Shown piece by piece: positions 54,616-64,000 of a stretch of 64,000 bases of DNA. The stretch lies in the NCBI GenBank assembly GCA_002269645.1, contig NIVC01000046.1:267306-331305 (forward strand). The letters are read 5' to 3'. A program made the position numbers and the translations under genes. The stretch is from Macrostomum lignano (lineage: Eukaryota). Within the stretch, counting starts at the first letter, position 1; each line of letters starts with the position of its first letter. Under the pieces are notes generated by a model. That model did not search any database. It saw only the letters and a program-made list of their open reading frames with translations, and was not told where the DNA came from.

Positions 54616-57339
54616 TCTGTCTGCTGATTGATTTACTATTAAAAAAGACTTTGATTTGAAATCGCAGAAATGGAAAAAATTACAATAAAATATTTCAGAC
54701 ATTACCAGAGAAATAACCTTCTTATTATATAAGGCCAACTAGTAACTACTAAATCCATAATTTTCTCTTAATGTTGTCATATTTTAAACAGTAATTTTTA
54801 CAAGTATCTAAACATATTTCTGTTAGGACTAAACGCGTAACAGATTCAAAATTAATATGCAAAGGAAAATTAGAGTTGAAATCTATCAATAGCTTATTTT
54901 AGCTTTGCTTCTGAATGGATGGTTTTAAAATTTCATAGAAAAATCTAGACATTTGTTCTTTCAAAAAGGAAAAAAATGCAGAAATCTTTTTTAACCTGAA
55001 TCCAGAAGAGCTTTTAGTTAGGATTTTTCTTATTATTAATATGTATAAAAATGCATTTTTTACTAAAGCTGAATGCTTCGCTCGTGTCTAACACTGTGTG
55101 TCTAAAATTGAGGAAAGCGGTCAGTACCAACTGGGCATGTCGGCATAAACAGGTATTTCTGGCAATTCTAAATGTTGAGGAAGCGCGACTACGCTATAAT
55201 AAAATCTAATTAACGTACTAGTAAGTCTTCATTCAAACTATAAAGCAATATGTTCGAAAGCCTAATAACTGCCTTTATTTAACAATAACAACTTTAGTGA
55301 ATTCACCAGTAATTTGATTTAATGGGTAGACTCCAAGCAGAGCACATTTTCAAAGGATCTATTGTTTCCACGAAAACTCTTTGAAATATCGCGCTCTGCA
55401 GACTGCGGTGAAGATTGTTTTACTTATTTAAAAGCAAACTGAGCATTTATATTTATTTTAGCATGTAGTACAGTGCAGCCATTTTTTCTTTCTAGTGGCT
55501 CAAAAACTTTATGAGCAACCGTCTTTATTTTAAGTATATTATGTTTTTGGCTAGTACCTATGTATTAGTAATATTGCAATATGACAATTATTTAGACAGT
55601 GGTTTTTATCGCTCCGTCTAAGTGGGAGTGGCGGCTATGTTAAAAAAGCGCAAAAGGACTTTTTGTTTTAAAAATAGAACATATTATCATTATGCCAGCT
55701 AAACTACTTGCTATCGAGTATATCATATTCGATATGCTTCCAAGTGTTACCTTGGCTTTTTCCTAGTGCTGGTGCTATTTTATCATATCAATATTGTTAT
55801 CATTAAAATCTTTTTAATTAATATTTCTGTTAATGCTTAAAATCTAGGGTCTAGAGATCTAGAGATCTAGAGATCTAGAGAGATCTAGAGATCTAGAGTC
55901 TATTTTCTAATGCTTAAAATCAAATAAATAGCTATTATAAAATTGTTTTGCATTATAGTATTAATGATCAGACTTATGTTTTATTAATTGAAATCTATTT
56001 AATATAAAAACTTATTCCATAAATAGCTAATAAAATTTATGGATTAATGTAGACATTTAAATCTCTTTTTAAATACTAATTTCTTAGAAAATGTAGGTAA
56101 TCTTTAGCCTATCAAGATTAGGATAAGATTGGTTAAGAAATAATATTAAGATATTAACAAATTATATTGTTTGATTTTCTGTTTGAAATTGAAACTTTTA
56201 GTAACAATTTAATGCTAAAATTTACTTAGTTATTTAAGCAATTGACCATCTTTTACCTTCATTGTAATATTTTCATTAAGGTTTTCATTTTACTTTATTT
56301 TCTTAAATATCCTATCTTAATGCCAGGAGAAAAATTTTTCTCAATTCAATAAAAATCTCTGTAAAAGTTTCTTGAACTATAAGCAATTTCAAGCATATTG
56401 TATATAGCTCTGAAAAGGCGAATTGTTATTTATCTCATTGATACCTAAGCATGACAAGAATGTTTTATGCATAGGCCTATATAAATTAATGGTTAAATAG
56501 GGTATATATGCCTTAAAATCTCTCAGCCCTTCTGTATTTTAGCTAGAGGACCCCACTTCGATGCCCATGTTTTTTGGGCTCATTACTAATGATAATAATT
56601 ACAGGAAGGATGCTGGGACACCCTGGTGCAATGCATTTGGCGACATTGTCTCACAACCAGAGCGCTGAGGCAATTCCGATGCATGCACTCGCTCACAGAG
56701 GGTGTGCAGCAGCCCTTTGACTTTTCAGAACCGTGTCACCTCTTTGGGCCAAGTTATCATGCACGAGTCCCAAATTAATGTAGCCACCCTGCACAAAATC
56801 AAAACATGGCGTCGTATGTGGCGCGAGTTCTTGAGACAGCCACAGTTTGCTTGCATGTGTGCCGTCCCGCCTGAGCCACTGAAAGGAAGGGTTGGTTATA
56901 ACGAGAAACGATGATTTATTAATGTTGCATAAAATCAGGAGAACTGGGCGCGCGTGCTGCAGCAAGTTGTTTTTAGGCTAACCTACCCAGCTATAGCAGA
57001 GCAAATATTAGAATTCAAGGCTGCCTTGGAGAGTGTCCAGAATCAGATTAAAAGAAGTATTGAGGACAAGTTGCTATGCAAACACATGTTCCCTGTGTCT
57101 CCCTATGGCCTGCTTTACTTCTATGCATTATCAGTGTAGACATATGCAAACTGTCTTGTATTACTAATCAGTCCCGTGTTGTATTACTAATTGCCATATG
57201 ATCGATATAGGCATCTGTGTAGCCGTATGCGTATTAAATTTGAGCCCCAACCCGATCTATTGAGCCTATTGATAAGATATTTGCTTTCACTAATTATACT
57301 TGGACGATTTCTGCTGGATGAAGAGAGGTCTGTATCTTG

Positions 57340-57490
57340 ACTCATGGAGGCTTAGAACCACGACTTGAAGGCCGGGGGTTCGATTCCCGATCCCACTAAA
57401 ACAATTTGTGTCCTTGTGCAAAACACTTAACTCTGCATTGCTTCAGTCCACCCAGCTGTAAAATGGGTGCCAGCATTAGCTGGGGTAATT
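57340..57490 (+). mobile_element. tRNA-derived SINE with CORE-like domain, copy 2
   Basis: GGTTCGATTC (57377), GTGTCCTTGTGCAAAACACTTAA and CACCCAGCTGTAAAATGGGTGCC; homologous to 37930-38065. Confidence 0.7.
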
Positions 57491-57914
57491 GAGGGTGTGT
57501 CTGGCGACCCCCCAGTCCTTGGAGAGTCGGCGCAATTGGCAGAATTCAAGATTGAAGTTGTTGAAGATTTTATCAAAACCAATTTCAGATTTCAGGGATT
57601 CAGCAGTCTTATTCAACTTCAATCGATTCCTTAATTCAGTGTTGCAAAGGGAGAGCTTGTTTTGACAAGATTTAAATTCATCAATTGAGGCTTTTTGTCC
57701 TTGTGAATTTATCTAGCAAATCTCATTGTAATCAGCCTTTTGTCTCTGTAGTAATTATAATCACCCAGATTTAAATGCAGCCTTTTTATAATTTTACCTT
57801 TGTATCTGGTAATTAAAATCTGTACTCGTTATTGGAGAAGCAGTTTCTCCTGATTCCTGATTGTTTTTTTTTTGTTTTGATAAGATATTTGATGAGTCTG
57901 TTTTGACTGGGTCA

Positions 57915-58510
57915 GATTAGCTATCCATTCTAATTATTACTAAAATTATTATTATAAGCGATAGATTAGCAATCCACTATAATTATTAGTAGGATGATTA
58001 TATAAGCGATAGATTAGCAATCCATTCCAACTATTAGTAGTATTATTATTATAAGCGATAGGTTAGCAATCCACTATAATTATTAGTAGGATGATTATAT
58101 AAGCGATAGATTAGCAATCCATTCCAACTATTAGTAGTATTATTATTATAAGCGATAGGTTAGCAATCCACTATAATTATTAGTAGGATTATTATTATAA
58201 GCGATAGATTAGCAATCCACTATAATTATTAGTAGGATGATTATATAAGCGATAGATTAGCAATCCATTCTAATTATTAGTAGTATTATTATTATAAGCG
58301 ATAGATTAGCAATCCATTCTAATTATTAGTAAGATTTATTATAAGCGATAGATTAGCAATCCATTCTAATTATTAGTAGTATTATTAATATAAGCGATAG
58401 ATTAGCAATCCATTCTAACTATTAGTAGGATTATTAATATAGGCGGTAGATTAGCAATCCATTCTAATTATTGGTAGGATTATTATTATAAGCAATAGAT
58501 AAGCAATCCA
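57915..58510. repeat. 48-49-bp minisatellite containing a 3' splice-site-like sequence
   Basis: Unit ATAAGCGATAGATTAGCAATCCATTCTAATTATTAGTAG(T/G)ATTATT, about 12 copies, running into the exon at 58504. Confidence 0.92.
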
Positions 58511-59865
58511 CTCCCTCAAATCCGAACTCAAAGAGCTGCCCAGCAACAGCAAATCCCAGATCAGTGAGATGTCAGACCCCCAGCTGAGGCAGCAGCTCAA
58601 TCAGCGCCAGCTCGACCTGGCCCAGCAGAAAGCACAGAAACGTATCGCAATGTCTACAGCAGTTGTTCAGCGCAACAGCTCCGCTGCCAGCATGCAGGGC
58701 TCTCGCCCCGGCAGCGCCACGGCTGGCAAAGAGAACGAAAGGTCGCCTCTGCTATTGCCGATTCTGGGCCTGAATTCTGGAGAGCGGGCTTCCCACTTTG
58801 GTGAGTAGTTTTGTTTTGTTTTGTTTTACTCCTTACCATTTTTTCTTCTCTTTGTCTTCAGTTCACTTTCCTGTTGCTGTAATCTTCCTAGGCCTTATCC
58901 TCCATTAGGTTTCTCTAATCCCCCTTTTAGATATCCTTAATCCCCTGTTCGATATCCCTAATCCCCTTTTCGATATTCCTAATCCCGTATTCGATATCCC
59001 TAATCCCCGGTTCGATATCCCTAACCCTCTATTCGATATCCCTAATCCCCTGTTCGATATCCCTAATCCCCTTTTCGATATTCCTAATCCCGTATTCGAT
59101 ATCCCTAATCCCCTTTTCGATATTCCTAATCCCGTATTCGATATCCCTAATCCCCGGTTCGATATCCCTAACCCTCTATTCGATATCCCTAATCCCCTGT
59201 TCGATATCCCTAATCCCCTGTTCGATATCCCTAATCCCCTGTTCGATATCCCTAATCCCCTGTTCGATATCCCTAATCCCCTGTTCGATATCCCTTATCC
59301 CTCAATTCTTTTGCATCCATCTCTCTAACCCCCCTTCCTAATCTTTCTAATCCCCTTTCTCTTCCCTCCAGTCCCGTTTCACCATCTCTATAATCCGATT
59401 TCCCCATCTCTCTAATCCCCTTTTCCCATCTCTCTAATCCCCTTTCCCCATATTTTCTAATCCCCTTTCCTCACCACTTCAACACAGTTTCCCTCATTCC
59501 CTATATCCTCGTTAATTAAATCTCTCTGATCCCAATTTCCTATCCGAGCCATCAGCAGTGATTACGCAATTAGAAAACTAAACTTCCCAAATCCCCATTA
59601 TCGCCTTCCAGCCTACGACGGTCCCCAAGCATTTCAAAATCCTGACGGTCCATCGCCAACGCACCAACTGGAAGCCGTGGCAGCGAAAATGAGTTCACTG
59701 GAGCTGTCCACCAGCCCCAATGCAGCTTCCTGCTCAAACAGCGTCATCAACAAGCCAGCACTTAGCGGTGCTGACAGCAACTTTAACAGTCCGCAGCATC
59801 GAATGCTCAGCAGCTCAAATGCTAGCAGTGCGAATGGAACTCCGAGAAGTGTGAGCTCACTTTAA
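58504..59865 (+). CDS. Last two exons of an unidentified gene (coiled-coil + Ser-rich tail)
   Basis: Exon 58504-58800 ends at a phase-1 GTGAGT donor. It joins in frame to the acceptor TTCCAG (59611) and exon 59612-59865 (AYDGPQAFQNPDG...SVSSL*). The family was not recognised. Confidence 0.6.
58915..59300. repeat. 21-bp intronic minisatellite (TTCGATATCCCTAATCCCCTG)
   Basis: About 18 copies. Confidence 0.92.
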
Positions 59866-59994
59866 TAATTGCCTGTCCGTGTACTCCGGTAGGGGCATTA
59901 TGCAAAGCTCGAATCTTCACACAAACTTGAAACTCCATGAATTCGAATATTCACTGATTAGATTATTCACAAACTCAAATATGCAAACTTAAAT

Positions 59995-61195
59995 ATTCAC
60001 AAACTTCACTAACTCGACTATTCACAAACTTGACTATTCACAAATTCGATTTCACAAAGTCGACTATTCACAAACTCGACTATTCACAAACTACTATTCA
60101 CAAACTCGACTATTCACAAACTTGACTATTCACAAATTCGATTTCACAAAGTCGACTATTCACAAACTCGACTATTCACAAACTCGACTATTCACAAACT
60201 CGACTATTCGCAAATTCGACTATTCACGAATTCGACTATTCACAAACTTGACTATTCACAAATTTGGACTATTCACAAACTTGACTATTCACAAATTTGA
60301 CTATTCACAAACTTGACTATTCACAAACTTGACTATTCACAAATTCGACTATTCACAAATTCGACGCTTAACAAATTTGACTATTCACAAACTTGACTAT
60401 TCACAAATTCGACTATTCACAAATTCGACGCTTAACAAATTTGACTATTCACAAACTTGACTATTCACAAACTTGACTATTCACAAATTCGACTATTCAC
60501 AAACTCGACTATTCACAAATTTGACTATTCACGAATTCGACTATTCACAAACTTGACTATTCACAAATTCGAATATTCACAAATTCGACTATTCACAAAC
60601 TTGACTATTCACAAATTTGACTATTCACGAATTCGACTATTCACAAACTTGACTATTCACAAATTTGACTATTCACAAATTTGACTATTCACAAATTCGA
60701 CTATTCACAGATGTGACTATTCACAAATTTGACTATTCACGAATTCGACTATTCACAAATTCGACTATTCACAAATTCGACTATTCACGAATTCGACTAT
60801 TCACAAATTTGACTATTCACAAACTTGACTATTCACAAATTCGACTATTCACGAATTCGACTATTCACAAATTTGACTATTCACAAACTTGACTATTCAC
60901 AAACTTGACTATTCACAAATTTGACTATTCACAAACTTGACTATTCACAAACTTGACTATTCACAAATTTTACTATTCACAAACTTGACTATTAACAAAT
61001 TCGACTATTCACAAACTTGACTATTAACAAATTCGACTATTCACAAACTTGACTATTCACAAATTTGACTATTCAGAAACTTGACTATTCACAAATTCGA
61101 CTATTCACAAATTCGACTATTCACAAATTCGATTTCACAAATTCGACTATTCACAAACTCAACTATTCACAAATTCGACTATTCACAAATTCGAA
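59995..61195. repeat. 16-bp minisatellite (GACTATTCACAAA(C/T)TT)
   Basis: About 75 copies. Confidence 0.97.
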
Positions 61196-61484
61196 TCTTC
61201 ACAATTCAAAACTTCACAAGCCCGAATCTAAGATTGCATGTATAGAATGCTTAAAGTTTTTTGTTTCAACATTTGTAGCAGCTCTTGTTTTATCTGCTTG
61301 ACTGCATGAATGACTATCTAGAATTTCGATAGTGAAAAATGAATGTATTTTGTTATATTGGAGTTGAAAATCATTATTTAGATTTAGTTCCTCTATTAGT
61401 GCTTCTTGTGTTTATATTGATTTATGCTTGTGTGTAAATATTTCACTGGCTAAGTTTGTTAGTTACTTGATTTTGGGTCAGGGT

Positions 61485-62220
61485 TGGGTTTAGTGGGTCA
61501 GCATTGGGTGTAGTGGGTCAGGGTCGGGTGTAGTGGGACAGGGTCGGGTGTAGTGGGTCAGGGTCGGGTGTAGTGGGTCAGGGTCGGGTGTAGTGGGTCA
61601 GGGTCGGGTGTAGGGGGTCAGGGTCGGGTGTAGGGGGTCAGGGTCGGGTGTAGGGGGTCAGGGTCGGGTGTAGTGGGTCAGGGTCGGGTGTAGTGGGTCA
61701 GGGTCGGGTGTAGTGGGTCAGGGTCGGGTCTAGTGGGTCAGGGTCGGGTGTAGTGGGTCAGGGTCGGGTGTAGTGGGTCAGGGTCGGGTCTAGTGGGTCA
61801 GGGTCGGGTGTAGTGGGTCAGGGTCGGGTGTAGGGGGTCAGGGTCGGGTGTATGGGGTTAGGGTCGGGTGTAGGGGGTCAGGGTCGGGTGTAGTGGGTCA
61901 GGGTCGAGTGTACTGGGTCAGGGTCGGGTGTAGTGGGTCAGGGTCGGGTGTAGTGGGTCAGGGTCGGGTGTAGTGGGTCAGGGTCGGGTGTAGGGGGTCA
62001 GGGTCGGGTGTAGGGGGTCAGGGTCGGGTGTAGTGGGTCAGGGTCGAGTGTAGTGGGTCAGGGTCGGGTGTAGGGGGTCAGAGTCGGGTGTAGTGGGTCA
62101 GGGTCGGGTGTAGGGGGTCAGGGTCGGGTGCAGTTGGTCAGGGTCGGGTGTAGTGGGTCAGGGTCGGGTGTAGTGGGTCAGAGTCGGGTGTAGTGGGACA
62201 GGGTCGGGTGTAGTGGATCA
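61485..62220. repeat. 20-bp G-rich minisatellite (GGGTCAGGGTCGGGTGTAGT)
   Basis: About 36 copies. Confidence 0.97.
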
Positions 62221-62529
62221 GGGGTACCAGTAAATTTTGAGGTCAATGTTGTGATTCAATTAGCGTACGAACCATTTTAGTCAATGAATTCAATAAACGG
62301 AACGCTTCATAAACAGACTTTCATTTCTTACAAAACTTAAAAGCATGAGCAGTCATCGGTGCGGCAGAGGAGAATGCCGGTGAGTGAGTCGGGCAATCTG
62401 GCCAAGATGGCGCACATGAGACGCTGCAAGTTAAAAACTTCCACCCGTGCGGATTTTCTGCGCGAGCAGCAGTTGCTGGAGGTGAATGCTGAAAATAGAG
62501 TGCCAGGCAAGACAAAATGGATTGTTGTG

Positions 62530-63940
62530 CAGCAGCGGGATCAGCAGAGTGAGCAGCATGAGCAGCAGAATGAGCGACAAAATGAGCAGCAGAAGCAGCA
62601 AAATGAGCAACAAGAGCAGCAGAATGAGCAGCAGAAGCAGGAAGAGCAACTGAATGAGCAGCAGAAGCAGGAAGAGCAACTGAATGAGCAGCAGAATGAG
62701 CAGCAGAAGCAGCAAGAGCAACTGAATGAGCAGCAGAATGAGCAGCAGAAGCAGCAAGAGCAACTGAATGAGCAGCAGAAGCAGCAAGAGCAGCAGAATG
62801 AGCAGCAGAAGCAGCAAAATGAGCAACAAGAGCAGCAGAAGCAGCAAAATGAGCAACAAGAGCAGCAGAAGCAGCAAAATGAGCAACAAGAGCAGCAGAA
62901 TGAGCAGCAGAATGTGCAGCAGAAGCAGCAAAAGCAACCGAATGAGCAGCAGAAGCAGCAAGAGCAGCAGAATGAGCAGCAGAAGCAGCAAGAGCAACTA
63001 AATGAGCAGCAGAAGCAGCAAGAGCAGCAGAATGAGCAAAAAAATGAACAGCAGAAGCAAAAGCAGCAAGAGCAGCAGCAGAAGCAGCACAACCAGCACT
63101 AAAAGCAGTAGAATGGGCGGTAGGAGCAGCAAAATAAATATATCAACTAAATTTTAAGCATTTTTGGGCGAAAGAGAAGAGAAGTAGAATGAAAGAGAAT
63201 GAGCAGGGAGAAGAGAGGTAGATAAGAGATAAGAGAGGTATATAGTTATAGAAGAGAGGTAGGTGGCAAAAAATGGCAGAAGCAGCAAAGCAGCAGAATG
63301 AGCATCAGAGCAGCAAAAACAACAAAGCAGCAAAAGCAGCAGAATGAGCACCAGGAGCAGCAAAAGCAGCAGAATGAGCACCAGAAGCATCAAAAGCAGC
63401 AGAAACGGCAAAAGCAGCAGACTGAGCATCAGGAGCAGCAAAAATGGCAAAAGCAGCAAAGCAGCAGAATGAGCATCAAAAGCCGCAAAAAACAAAAGCA
63501 GCAAAAACGGCAGAATGAGCATCAGAGCAGCAAAAATGGCAAAAGCAGCAGACTGAGCATCAGGAGCAGCAAAAATGGCAAAAGCAGCAGACTGAGCATC
63601 AGGAGCAGCAAAAACAGCAAAAGCAGCAAAAGCAGCAGAATGAGCATCAAAAGCAGCAAAAACGGCAAAAGCAGCAGACTGAGCATCAGGAGCAGCAAAA
63701 ATGGCAAAAGCAGCAGACTGAGCATCAGGAGCAGCAAAAACAGCAAAAGCAGCAAAAGCAGCAGAATGAGCATCAGAGCAGCAAAAATGGCAAAAGCAGC
63801 AAAAGCAGCAGAATTAGCATCAGAGCAGCAAAAACGGCAAAAGCAGCAGAATGAGCACCAGGAGCAGCAAAATGAACAGCAGAATAAGCACCGGGAGCAG
63901 CAGGAGCAGCTAAAGGAAGCAAAACAAAAGCAGCAGTAGC
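62530..63940. repeat. Degenerate CAG/GAG/AAG-rich low-complexity tract (two blocks)
   Basis: GAGCAGCAGAATGAG/CAAAAGCAG words; open frames occur on both strands. Confidence 0.9.
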
Positions 63941-64000
63941 AGCCGCCCAATGAGCTGCGCAATCGCACCTAAGCTGGCTCACAAGAGACGCCGCAAGCTG

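Overview
This is eukaryotic (animal) genomic DNA with spliceosomal introns, GC-rich exons and very dense intronic minisatellites. The style resembles a flatworm such as Macrostomum, but that is an unverified guess. Host genes reconstructed by hand from splice sites: two paralogous ankyrin-repeat + Mab-21/cGAS-like nucleotidyltransferase (cGLR-type) genes (15324-18387 minus; 34740-37669+ plus), a divergent 245-aa tropomyosin, a CXorf58-like gene, a Tctex1-domain dynein light chain, a 9-exon calcyphosin-2 (CAPS2)-like gene, two separated MRPL1-like exons and an unidentified two-exon 3' gene end. Mobile DNA: a 5'-truncated RNase H-bearing LINE, a decayed Gypsy element with both LTRs, a PIF/Harbinger-type MITE, two CORE-like SINEs, and an 8.5-kb segment bounded by 41-bp inverted repeats. 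That segment holds a spliced Crypton-like tyrosine-recombinase gene with two C2H2-like fingers and a probable PWWP C-terminus, plus an internally deleted Ngaro/DIRS retrotransposon. The best candidates for new biology are (1) the ANK-cGLR pair, one copy possibly spliced to a membrane-anchor exon, and (2) the ZnF-YR-PWWP element. All similarities come from motif recognition by eye, with no database search. Single-base frameshifts may be long-read assembly errors, and satellite boundaries are approximate.
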